The notes beneath the pieces were generated by a model, which saw only the letters and a program-made list of their open reading frames with translations, ran no database searches and was not told the DNA's origin. A DNA stretch of 64,000 nucleotides from positions 1 through 64,000 of the IMG/VR virus record IMGVR_UViG_3300005193_000001; one strand, given 5' to 3'. Below are positions 47,174 to 55,639 of the stretch, piece by piece. Origin of the DNA: an uncultured virus (IMG/VR IMGVR_UViG_3300005193_000001) (taxonomy: Duplodnaviria; Heunggongvirae; Uroviricota; Caudoviricetes). Every line of letters begins with the position of its first letter. Positions within the stretch are counted from its first letter, which is position 1. The translations under genes and the position numbers were made by a program.

Positions 47174-47869
47174 CTACATTAGAGTTCTGAAAGCGGACAC
47201 TATATCAACCTCTTGCGAAGGGTCGTCGGAATACCCGATTGTAGTTTCTAAGAAAGTATCTCCTCTTTCTCCCAACATCCCACCACGAGCTTCGATGTTG
47301 ATTTCGCCGCTTACCTCGTAGATCAAAATCCTACCCTCGTAGAAAACGTCTTGGCGGTCGTTGTAGAACTGATAATCGGTTTGAACGGAAAGTTTAGTTT
47401 CGACCGTATCTTCGAACTCAATATCGTATGCGCCTTTGAGCTCCTTGGCGAAATAGTTGAGAATGTCCCGAACAAACTTCTGAAGATACCCGTTAGCGCT
47501 GAAATCGGGACTTTTAACTCTACCAGTTCTGAATTCCAAGTTTTCTCTGACCACCTCTCGAACGAGAGAACGGATAGGATCCAACTGCTCGCTTACTCGT
47601 CTTACGTGCGATGCGGCTTCGGAAGCAAGTTCTCCAACGGTGTCTCCGGAAAACATGCCGCTTCCCGTTGGGGAAGGCTCCCTTGGAACCTCGGTGTCGG
47701 AGGAAATGTAGGTGATGGAAAGTTCACCGCGACTTTCGTAAAGATCGCGGAAGAACCCGGTGTAATTTGGCATAGTAACGATACTCTGTCTACGGTCATA
47801 CTCCGCGTCGATGCCTTCTCGTTGGAGTGCCTTAACAAAGCGCTTATACATGTCGTCGATCCTACTCAT
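47174..47869 (-). CDS. two-domain protein with an internal leader-like helix
   Basis: RVSEQLDPIRSLVREVVRENLE in mid-protein. Confidence 0.55.
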   Translation of the reverse strand: MSRIDDMYKRFVKALQREGIDAEYDRRQSIVTMPNYTGFFRDLYESRGELSITYISSDTEVPREPSPTGSGMFSGDTVGELASEAASHVRRVSEQLDPIRSLVREVVRENLEFRTGRVKSPDFSANGYLQKFVRDILNYFAKELKGAYDIEFEDTVETKLSVQTDYQFYNDRQDVFYEGRILIYEVSGEINIEARGGMLGERGDTFLETTIGYSDDPSQEVDIVSAFRTLM

Positions 47870-47943
47870 AAGAACGTTTTTAGCTTTTGTCGGTGAAGAA
47901 GATGCTAAGTTCTAAACTCCCGGAAATAGGAGTTTGTTTCGAA

Positions 47944-48432
47944 TTAGAACTGCATCAATGGATAATCGAACGTTAGCTCCATTTCGATCTCGTGGTACTC
48001 GTCGTCTCCCCAATCACTGGTTCCGAGATCAACGTTGGAAATAAACGCACCCTTCAAGGTCCACTCCTCAATAAAGGCCCCGGTTGGGTCCAGAGTGTTG
48101 TAGGTCACGTCTCTCTTGTAGAGGTCAGCGTAACCGTCTCTCCCGGTTACGGCTTCGTGGTGAAGACGAACCCACTCCATCACGATCTGAGAACCGGACG
48201 GCGAAATGGGGTCGTAGAGAGTCAGGTTGATGGGGTCGTACTCTTCAACCTTACCCTTCAGCCTCCTGTTGATGTTGATGTGAGGAAGAGTAAGAGTGTT
48301 GAAGCTAATCGTAGGACGATCCGCGCCCTTGATCAAAAATGTCGGGAAGCCCTCGATGAAGAACACGAATTGGTTCTTTCTCTTGGGCTCAAATTCCGTA
48401 AAGAACAGTTCGTTCTCGGGAAGAACAGCCAT
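47944..48432 (-). CDS. tail tube protein (gp19-like)
   Basis: FEPKRKNQF, RP.I, LTLYDPI.PSG.Q.VMEW.R.H, EEWTLKGAF, LTFDY. Confidence 0.9.
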   Translation of the reverse strand: MAVLPENELFFTEFEPKRKNQFVFFIEGFPTFLIKGADRPTISFNTLTLPHININRRLKGKVEEYDPINLTLYDPISPSGSQIVMEWVRLHHEAVTGRDGYADLYKRDVTYNTLDPTGAFIEEWTLKGAFISNVDLGTSDWGDDEYHEIEMELTFDYPLMQF

Positions 48433-48474
48433 AAGGTTTTCTCAGCTTTAAGGTGTAGATAACCAGTCTGGGTT

Positions 48475-48861
48475 TTATCGATTTTTGAGCTTGTTTCTCA
48501 TACGCTCAATGACGCTCCTCGGAATGAACTCCGCAAGATCACTGTCCTTAGATAGGACAACGCCTCGCTCGTTTCCGAACTCTTCAAGGAGCTTTTCTTC
48601 TCTCGCTGGGCCAATTCCCTTAATATCCTTCAAGTCTTCAGGAACCGAAAAGCCAGTGTCCGCCTCGACCTCTTCTTCAGAGTTTTCGTCCTCTTTCACT
48701 TCTTTTTCCTCACCCTCGACGTCCTCCGTGGTCTTGTCAATATCGGATACAGGTTCAGAGCTTTCAACAGAGGACTCGTCTTCCCCGAAGTACCGGATAT
48801 AACCGAGTACTCCAAAAACAACGAGAATCGCCAAGACAAGCAAGATAATAGGAAAGATCAT
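48475..48861 (-). CDS. membrane-anchored helix-hairpin-helix protein
   Basis: N-terminal TM helix; DLKDIKGIGPAREEKL. Confidence 0.65.
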   Translation of the reverse strand: MIFPIILLVLAILVVFGVLGYIRYFGEDESSVESSEPVSDIDKTTEDVEGEEKEVKEDENSEEEVEADTGFSVPEDLKDIKGIGPAREEKLLEEFGNERGVVLSKDSDLAEFIPRSVIERMRNKLKNR

Positions 48862-48907
48862 AATAACTCTTGAGTTTATTGAGCGTCCTGACGTTATTAA
48901 ATATAGA

Positions 48908-48940
48908 GAAACCAGCCTTCACACCTCGTGAAGGCTGGTC
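48908..48940 (-). terminator. hairpin terminator
   Basis: ACCAGCCTTCAC-GAGGT-GTGAAGGCTGGT followed by TTCTCT. Confidence 0.65.
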
Positions 48941-48972
48941 CCTGAGTAGAGTCCGAAATTTAGGGACGAAAC

Positions 48973-49158
48973 CTAATTCACTTCTTGCACCTCACTCGGA
49001 GCATAAAGATACTCGTCCTCGGTATCGGTGACATAAATCGGCTCCGGGTCGTAGTCCCAAACTTCGGTATTCATGTTCTTCGCCTTTTCAGCTTTCACGA
49101 CTCTTCCTTCGTGCTTTCCTACTAGAATTCTAACTTTGCACTTATGTCCGTATCCCAT
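48973..49158 (-). CDS. small SH3/KOW-like protein
   Basis: KVRILVGKHEG...Y.Y.PSEV. Confidence 0.5.
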   Translation of the reverse strand: MGYGHKCKVRILVGKHEGRVVKAEKAKNMNTEVWDYDPEPIYVTDTEDEYLYAPSEVQEVN

Positions 49159-49269
49159 GGTTCTGATGCCTTAATATGAATCAAATATAAATTATGTGTA
49201 TCTGAAGACTGTGCAAGCTACACAGACTCGAAGACGGAAGGTGGTGGAAGACGTTATCCCAATCGAAGA

Positions 49270-49428
49270 CTACCTCAGGTTATCCACTGTAGAAACCACG
49301 AGAGAAACGGGAGCGCAGATGAAATTAATCAACGCTGCTTCCAGATAATCGGAAGTCTTCGGTCGATTTATACTCGTGGACAAGTAGACAGCCCAAAGAA
49401 AGTGAAAGAACAAGATATAATAAATCAC
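49270..49428 (-). CDS. small membrane protein (52 aa, GTG start)
   Basis: MIYYILFFHFLWAVYLSTSINRPK...; paralog of the frameshifted ORF just upstream. Confidence 0.45.
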   Translation of the reverse strand: MIYYILFFHFLWAVYLSTSINRPKTSDYLEAALINFICAPVSLVVSTVDNLR

Positions 49429-49642
49429 TATCTTACCCGAAGGGACTATCGGTAAAGTAAGAAACGATAATCATGATGAGCGCAAAAATGGAGTTCACAA
49501 CGAAACATCCTACTTGATGCTTCATGTCGGGATCGTTCATCTTCCGATTCCGAGAAGTAGAAAAGCGCCCCAAAGAAGGTGGAGAAGCAGAGCGTAATAA
49601 ATCATAGCTCTACGATTTTCATTGTCAAAAAGTAAAGAGTAG

Positions 49643-50163
49643 TGGAGATGGGGGGAGTCGAACCCCCGTCCGTGAATCCGTCGTTGTTGCCTGATCACAG
49701 CCATAGCACCCCATCTTATTCGCCAGTCATCCTCAGAGTGCAAGAGGTAGGCGCTGGCATAGCTTGTCCTTCCCGTTCTTTACAGGACGCCCGACAAGCA
49801 AGGCGGCGTGATTTATCACGATCCACCGATGTGTGTCACCTGAGCACAACGAGACCTGCGGCGTGTTATGCGAAAGGCCAGCCTGTTTCTCGTTTTCCCT
49901 ATCGGTGTCGGGGCTCAGATGGAGCGGGGACCGACGTTAGGTCCCCTGACTCACCCTACGCGTGGACGAGCTCGCGCTCGGCCCCGTGATAGAGGCTCTC
50001 GCCATCCATCTGGGCAAAGTCCTCTGCCGTGAATCCGGCAGACTCGTAAGCAGTATCAGTGCCAATTGTAATTCGCTCGAATTTGTTGATAGCGCCCGTT
50101 GCGAAGCGCTAAGCTGCTGACAACGCCTTCGGTCGTGCTTCACGTCGAAGCCGTGTCATCCCC
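49643..50163 (-). ncRNA. ssrA: tmRNA, 521 nt, tag (A)GTDTAYESAGFTAEDFAQMDGESLYHGAERELVHA*
   Basis: 5' GGGGATGACACGGCTTCGAC; 3' GGACGGGGGTTCGACTCCCCCCATCTCCA; acceptor stem GGGGATG/CATCTCC with G3-U wobble; tag frame 50063..49956 after ACAATT. Confidence 0.92.
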
Positions 50164-50221
50164 ATTTTCAGAAGCGGTCGGACCTAACCTCAAGGGGTTT
50201 GCCTCCTACTTCCAGTAGTAG

Positions 50222-50305
50222 TGTGGACGCAAGGGCTCGAACCTTGCAACTGAGCTTTCCGACCCTTCCAAGGCTCGATCTCTCAGCGGCCAACCCATCG
50301 ACCAC
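50222..50305 (-). ncRNA. tRNA-like RNA (84 nt) lacking a D-stem and a canonical anticodon arm
   Basis: Acceptor GTGGTCG/CGTCCAC-A, T-arm CAAGG-TTCGAGC-CCTTG, central helix CTGAG...CTCAG; lies between a TATTTA motif and the tmRNA. Confidence 0.5.
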
Positions 50306-50327
50306 TTCTTCCTTTATTGCGCTCCTT

Positions 50328-50333
50328 TAAATA
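50328..50333 (-). promoter_or_regulatory. TATTTA putative late promoter upstream of the RNA genes
   Basis: Motif recurs in intergenic gaps at 13975, 27481, 42398, 44946, 48898 and 62740. Confidence 0.5.
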
Positions 50334-50340
50334 GAAGAAG

Positions 50341-50811
50341 TCATGAGCTTGTTTCATCCTCAGCTATCTTCTCCATGATCTTCACAAGCGCTTCATCGTT
50401 GAGTTCAGAAACAACGTAGCTAGATTGGTACTGAACGAACTTCATCCCCAACCAACCACAAAGAACGGCGAGAGCCGTCACGTGCCAAGAAAGCGCTATC
50501 CAAGCGCATATGGACACGATTGGAGGCACGTTATCGAGAATCTGATCAAACAAACCTCTATTCTCTCCGTATTCCGCTATCTTGACGTAGAACTTGACCA
50601 TGGAGTCAGGTTGAACCACGGAAGCAAGCATCATGAAAGCGAAAAAGATGCCAACACAAGAAAGTCCAAACCAAAAAAAGAGAGCGATTACCCAAACAAT
50701 CCAAGACGGAAGATTGTACACTACAGAAAGACAAAGAATGGTAGCGGACGAAATAGATATCACTCTTTCGCTGGTAAAGTGATCCGAAAATCTTCTTAGA
50801 TAATTCTTCAT
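50341..50811 (-). CDS. membrane protein
   Basis: Several hydrophobic helices; start MKNYL overlaps the CYTH stop. Confidence 0.6.
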   Translation of the reverse strand: MKNYLRRFSDHFTSERVISISSATILCLSVVYNLPSWIVWVIALFFWFGLSCVGIFFAFMMLASVVQPDSMVKFYVKIAEYGENRGLFDQILDNVPPIVSICAWIALSWHVTALAVLCGWLGMKFVQYQSSYVVSELNDEALVKIMEKIAEDETSS

Positions 50812-51299
50812 ACGTCCAGATCCTTGTAAGTCAGGGATGCAAGTTGCTTGTTCTTGAAATGAGGGGTCTTGGTTATCTCTCTTCCAAACCAACCGGGTGG
50901 GTGGAAGTCGTCGGAGTTCATGGACGCCTCTTCGAACTCTACCTCGATGGTTTGAAGACCTTCAAGATCACCCTTGTAAATATCGAGTTCAGCCAAGTAA
51001 GGAAAGTCTTCACGGTCTACGATATCAAAGATATACCGAGTCTTTTCGAGTTCGGCATTCACGGAATCCCACAGGCTTTCGGTTTCCTCCTTTGAAGCAA
51101 AGATGGTCACTTCTTCTCTCAAGATACCTTCACCCTTCTTGATTGTGATCTCGTCGTTGGACTTGTGACCAACTCTACGCAATCGAAGCTCCTTGAGATT
51201 ACCGACGATGATGTAACCCTGACGAATTTCGTGAGTTTCCGAAACTCCGGTCAAATCGGGAAGCGTATCAACTAAGAACTTTCGTTCTAATTCGCGCAT
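50808..51299 (-). CDS. CYTH-domain protein (triphosphate tunnel metalloenzyme)
   Basis: ELERKFLV, IRQGY, LRLRR, EKTRY, ELDIY...EVEF, P.WFG.EIT. Confidence 0.9.
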   Translation of the reverse strand: MRELERKFLVDTLPDLTGVSETHEIRQGYIIVGNLKELRLRRVGHKSNDEITIKKGEGILREEVTIFASKEETESLWDSVNAELEKTRYIFDIVDREDFPYLAELDIYKGDLEGLQTIEVEFEEASMNSDDFHPPGWFGREITKTPHFKNKQLASLTYKDLDV

Positions 51300-51493
51300 C
51301 AGTTAACCTCCGTGATGTGATCGAAATTGGATGAATATTCGTCTTGTGCCGAAGAACGATCAAAGAAAACGTCTTCGACACTTTGCACGTGTAAAGTTCC
51401 GGTGTCGGTATCTACGTATTCTACTTTATCGCCGTCATAAGACCGAAACTCACCGACCTCGAAACCATCGTCAGAAACGATGTATACGGTCAT
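51299..51493 (-). CDS. hypothetical protein
   Basis: Coupled to the CYTH gene. Confidence 0.5.
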   Translation of the reverse strand: MTVYIVSDDGFEVGEFRSYDGDKVEYVDTDTGTLHVQSVEDVFFDRSSAQDEYSSNFDHITEVN

Positions 51494-51696
51494 AAGTAGT
51501 TAGCGTTTGGTTGTTGGAGAACCACCTTGATTGCGTGTTCTGGAATCAGAAGCTGTCTTTCGCTTTTGACGCCGATCAGAATCGTGACCGAGACTGCCTT
51601 CTTTCAGGATTCGCTGAACGACCAGATTCTTCTCTGCGTCTTCATTATCCTGGAAAGCTCTTAAATGTCGTTCTTTAGGTCCCATATCGATGATTG

Positions 51697-52071
51697 CTAA
51701 GTATGAAAAATGTTGATGAAAGATTCAAGTTCTCGCATGTCGATATCCGAGAACATTTCCGGTTTTCCGTTATCGACGGAGTAGTCGTCAAAGTAATAAA
51801 TACGAGCTCTGACTTGATCACTGACCTTAACGTTCGTGCCTCGCTCCACAAGAAAATCGACGGACTTGGAACCGCTAATGGGTTTGATCGTCAAGTCCCT
51901 CTTGACTACCTTCATGTCTCTACGTTCGAACGGGCGTGATCGCCAATGCTGAATGTCTCCGCCGTTAGCCAAATAACCAGCGAGCCACCTCATATAGTGT
52001 TTCTTCGAGGCGTCGGAAGCTGGAAGCCACTCGTGTTCCGGTCTTCGTCTTGCTTTTTTATCGCGATTCAT
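51697..52071 (-). CDS. hypothetical protein
   Basis: ORF in the operon. Confidence 0.55.
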   Translation of the reverse strand: MNRDKKARRRPEHEWLPASDASKKHYMRWLAGYLANGGDIQHWRSRPFERRDMKVVKRDLTIKPISGSKSVDFLVERGTNVKVSDQVRARIYYFDDYSVDNGKPEMFSDIDMRELESFINIFHT

Positions 52072-52462
52072 CCTTCTTTTCTGTCATGATGAAATCGTGA
52101 ATAACGTGACCAGAATAGCCGTAAAGAGTAACCTTGCTTAGCTCGACTTTTGAGGTATCGGAAGCGTGAGAATGAATATAGGGGTCGTCGTCAACCTTGT
52201 CGATCATATCCTCGTACGAAAACACAACCATATCTTCGGTTTTCGTCACTTGATATTCGTCGGAAGGAATGACGCGCTCCGAAGTACCCGTAGGCCAAAA
52301 CGCTAGAAGCAACACTATTACCAGCACGGAGACGAAGAGCCGACCAACAAGGTCCATGCGTGGAGTAACGGGTTCGCGAATACCCGAAACGAAGACCTCG
52401 TAGACCCACTTCACCTGAAAGAACAGAATGACAAAAACAATCGTCCAAAGAGCGGTTTCCAT
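52058..52462 (-). CDS. membrane protein
   Basis: Two N-terminal TM segments. Confidence 0.55.
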   Translation of the reverse strand: METALWTIVFVILFFQVKWVYEVFVSGIREPVTPRMDLVGRLFVSVLVIVLLLAFWPTGTSERVIPSDEYQVTKTEDMVVFSYEDMIDKVDDDPYIHSHASDTSKVELSKVTLYGYSGHVIHDFIMTEKKDESR

Positions 52463-52468
52463 ATCGAG

Positions 52469-53500
52469 TTAGAGCTTAGTTTCAAATCGATTCCTCATCT
52501 GATTGACCTTCGACTCCGGGACGCCATGAACTGACTCGCCCCCGTGCCTGTTCTCTTTGACAATGCTGTGCACCCTGTATCCGTGCTCAGAAGCAAGCGT
52601 GTAGTAGCGAAGGAACTCCCAGACCTGAGTGAAGGTGTTATGGACCACGATGCGGGGAATGCCGTTCTCCATCGAGTCTCGAACCTGCTGTCGGCACCAC
52701 TCGTGCGCCTCTCCAAGTTTCGAAGGATCGAAGTTGAATGCTCCGTCTTCGTAAAAGAAGTCGTCGGTGGCTACGATAGCGCCGTGCGGACCCTGAATCA
52801 TTTCGGCAAACGTAGTCTTGCCCGATCCCGGCACTCCACGGACCAAAATCAGATCCTTGTTGTCGTGTGGGGCTTCCCAATTGTCAACGGTCTGGACGAT
52901 CTGGTCAACGAGATTCTCGAAGCGTCCAATGGCTTCCTCGTGCCGCTCCAGAGGCTCCAAGTGGTCGTCGGACGCTTCGGCGTTCTCCCTGTAGTCCAAG
53001 CCGTTGTTCTCGAAGAACGAGATCATGTCGTCGGCTTGCTTGAAGAGCTTGCCCATCGTCCAAACCCGCTCACCGAGACGCTCCGCCTCCTTCTTCTTGT
53101 TGTGGAGCGTGTTCTCGTTCATGCTGTCCATGAACTTGATGTTCATATGCTCTTGGATGAGCCACCGAATGACGTCGGCACGAAGATTGGTGCCTTCGCA
53201 GAAAGCGTCGGAAACCGAGTCCCAATAGGTCACGGACTTCTTGGCGTGTCCGTAGCTGGTGATGTATCCACCGCTGTCTTCGGACTTCCGGTCCGTCGTC
53301 GGAATCTTGCCGATATCATGGAACGCGGCGACGAGCATAAGCTCGTCCTGCTCCCTGCTTCCGGCCTCAGTCCACTGACGGAGACTGTGTGCCACGTAAG
53401 CTTCGTGACTGTATACGTCCCCCTCGGGGTGGTAATCCTTCCTTTGGGGGGTATCCTTTAGCACGTTAAATTGGTGCTGAATAACCGCGCTGAGGCTCAT
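52469..53500 (-). CDS. HD phosphohydrolase fused to a P-loop kinase (polynucleotide kinase/phosphatase-like)
   Basis: PQ..DYHPEGDVYSH...FHDIGK...GHA...EHM; LVRGVPGSGKTT, TDDFF, VHNTF. Confidence 0.8.
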   Translation of the reverse strand: MSLSAVIQHQFNVLKDTPQRKDYHPEGDVYSHEAYVAHSLRQWTEAGSREQDELMLVAAFHDIGKIPTTDRKSEDSGGYITSYGHAKKSVTYWDSVSDAFCEGTNLRADVIRWLIQEHMNIKFMDSMNENTLHNKKKEAERLGERVWTMGKLFKQADDMISFFENNGLDYRENAEASDDHLEPLERHEEAIGRFENLVDQIVQTVDNWEAPHDNKDLILVRGVPGSGKTTFAEMIQGPHGAIVATDDFFYEDGAFNFDPSKLGEAHEWCRQQVRDSMENGIPRIVVHNTFTQVWEFLRYYTLASEHGYRVHSIVKENRHGGESVHGVPESKVNQMRNRFETKL

Positions 53501-53543
53501 GGCAAAGGTTCCTTCAAATCAATAGAAAACGAAATGTTCCTTT

Positions 53544-54056
53544 TTACCTCGCAGTCTCTTCGACGGCCCAAATCTCGTCATCTACTGCGGGGGTAATGTT
53601 GAACACCGTATCTCCAGCCTTCATCCTGGCTCTCGTGGCATCAGAAAGAACGTCGCGGAATTCCTCGTCTAGCTCCACGACCAGTCGTTCATAAAATGCC
53701 ACCGTAGTTCCCTCAGTCTCCATATCGCTTTCTCCTTGTCCAAGGCGCTTTTCGTACCTTTCTCCATCAACTACGAAATAAGCCTTATCTTCACCAATAA
53801 AGTTCGCACTTTCGGACCTTACGTCAATGAGAAGAGCATAACTGCCCTCGACGTAGACGACGAATCCCACAGCCGCAGATACCTCTTCTCCGGTGTTTTC
53901 TACCACGGAAACTTCCGTGGTCTTGCTGGAAACTACCTGCTTTCCGGTGAATTCATCAACCTCATTCCTATCGATGAAGGACGATGGATCTTGGGCAAAA
54001 GAAGTCCCGACTAAAAGAGAGAGAAGTAAAAAAGCCAAAGTGAATGTACGTCGCAT
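53544..54056 (-). CDS. secreted protein (Sec signal peptide)
   Basis: MRRTFTLAFLLLSLLVGTSFA|Q; DEFTG motif. Confidence 0.6.
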   Translation of the reverse strand: MRRTFTLAFLLLSLLVGTSFAQDPSSFIDRNEVDEFTGKQVVSSKTTEVSVVENTGEEVSAAVGFVVYVEGSYALLIDVRSESANFIGEDKAYFVVDGERYEKRLGQGESDMETEGTTVAFYERLVVELDEEFRDVLSDATRARMKAGDTVFNITPAVDDEIWAVEETAR

Positions 54057-54103
54057 GATAATTGTGTTAAGTTGTTTAAGTGAAAATGTGCAAATCGAAC
54101 ACG

Positions 54104-54553
54104 TTACAGACTTAGACCGATTAGTTGCCACTCGTCACCACCGTCGTACTTCACTTTGCACACGTAATTTTGCCGAACATTCGCTCCGAAAGAATTCTGA
54201 GCATCAACGTATCCCGAAACCGCGTATGTGTGATCGTCGAGACTCTTCACCTTGATCTCGCTCTTCCAAGGAAACTCGGCACTAGATGGCGATTTCAATC
54301 TACTCTCAACGAACTCTTGGCACATAACGTATGCCGTAGACTCTTTGTCGCCCGATTCTTCACCACTTCCATAGACTGCGGTGAAGAGCAAAAGGGCAAC
54401 GGTAGCTCCAGCAGCCGTCTTCACCCCCCACCGCATGTAGACGATAAGAAGCCCAAGAGGAGGAACGAGAAGAAGAGCGGGAATCAGAATCCAATTGTTT
54501 CTCCACCACTCTTCATCTTGCGTGTTCACGGGTTGGGGGGTTGGTGATTTCAA
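54104..54553 (-). CDS. membrane-anchored protein
   Basis: TM helices; LKSPSSAEFP...VSGYVDAQNSFGA. Confidence 0.6.
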   Translation of the reverse strand: MKSPTPQPVNTQDEEWWRNNWILIPALLLVPPLGLLIVYMRWGVKTAAGATVALLLFTAVYGSGEESGDKESTAYVMCQEFVESRLKSPSSAEFPWKSEIKVKSLDDHTYAVSGYVDAQNSFGANVRQNYVCKVKYDGGDEWQLIGLSL

Positions 54554-54567
54554 GCTAATGCGCCCCT

Positions 54568-54595
54568 TTAAACGGAAAACACGTGTATACGTTCC
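54568..54595 (-). promoter_or_regulatory. GGAAC-N16-CGTTTAA promoter
   Basis: Exact match to the repeated motif. Confidence 0.65.
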
Positions 54596-54621
54596 GAAAG
54601 ACCTTCAGCTTCACGCGATCT

Positions 54622-54810
54622 TCACCGAAAGTAATCAATGAGCCGAAACCCAATCTGCTGACATACAATAACGTACACCGCGAAAATGACGACAGACACC
54701 AGACCGGACGAGAACCCCATGACAGGAGGAACCGTCTGCATCAGCCAGCCCATGAAAACGAAGGAAAGCGCGGCCCAGATGAAGAGAGCTACACCGAATT
54801 CATCAAGCAT
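54622..54810 (-). CDS. small membrane protein
   Basis: Two hydrophobic helices. Confidence 0.5.
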   Translation of the reverse strand: MLDEFGVALFIWAALSFVFMGWLMQTVPPVMGFSSGLVSVVIFAVYVIVCQQIGFRLIDYFR

Positions 54811-55003
54811 GGTGGTTAGCTATGTTATTCAATTAACGCGTTCTAGAACCTTTTCTCCGAAAGCTAAAGATTCTCCAACGTCAAGTTCCAAGATTTCGAG
54901 CTTGTCGTCGTACGAAAGGTCGTTGACCTCGAACACTTTGTCGAGATTCACGGGATTTTCGTTGATCTCGTAGTCTTTCTTCTGGCTCATAGGTAGAGGG
55001 TGG

Positions 55004-55639
55004 TTAAGCATCGTGGTCTGTGTATGTTTCGGAAATCCAGGCGATGTGTGTAGCGTCCTGTGCTATCTCGTCGTCTTCATAACTCGGCATGACCTTATAG
55101 TCCGTGGACATCTTCCCGTCTTTGACAAGGAGTCCGAAGCCGTCGTCGTCGGTAACAATACCGTCTTCCACATGACTTTGAAACTTCCAACGCTCTATTA
55201 CTTGCGCCCAAGGCGGGATCTCGGAGCTATATTCAACAACGTTCCACCACGGCTCCGCCTTTTCCTGCAAGCTGTCCAGCAGTTCCTTTTGCTTCCGGTC
55301 GATGTAGGAGCAGCGAATCGCCGTGCTCAACAGAGACAGGAGTTCGTTGCCATCGTTTTCATAGAATCCGCCTCTCCAATCGCCGTCTCTCTTCCAGAAC
55401 GAAACGTGACAGGGTTCGGTGTCCGTCCAGTAGTGAAAACGCCCGTCGTCGGTTTCGATATAACAGACTTTGCCTTCGAGATCTTGGGACTCGATCCAAT
55501 CAAAGACGGAAAGGACATTGGACCCAACCAGCCAAGCCCCCCACCTCGTGTCTTCGACCTTTCCGAAAGTGAAAAGGTTCAAAAGCATGTAGACGAGCAT
55601 GGGAAGGGAGTGCTTCAATTCCTGAAAGAATGTCATCAT
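55004..55639 (-). CDS. hypothetical protein
   Basis: ATGA coupling with the upstream ORF. Confidence 0.55.
   Translation of the reverse strand: MMTFFQELKHSLPMLVYMLLNLFTFGKVEDTRWGAWLVGSNVLSVFDWIESQDLEGKVCYIETDDGRFHYWTDTEPCHVSFWKRDGDWRGGFYENDGNELLSLLSTAIRCSYIDRKQKELLDSLQEKAEPWWNVVEYSSEIPPWAQVIERWKFQSHVEDGIVTDDDGFGLLVKDGKMSTDYKVMPSYEDDEIAQDATHIAWISETYTDHDA

Noticed and set aside
49204..49270. Four GAAGAC hexamers within 70 bp
   Set aside because: Irregular spacing (26, 17, 18) and the hexamer is common genome-wide; insufficient support for a binding-site array
49680..49955. Group I intron explaining the tmRNA length
   Set aside because: The T-loop is uninterrupted and no intron core was recognised; part of the extra length is explained by the long tag
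49537..50143. ORFs 49537..49743, 49642..49989 and 49937..50143
   Set aside because: They overlap the tmRNA; only the tag frame and the short MIYY ORF from 49605 are plausible
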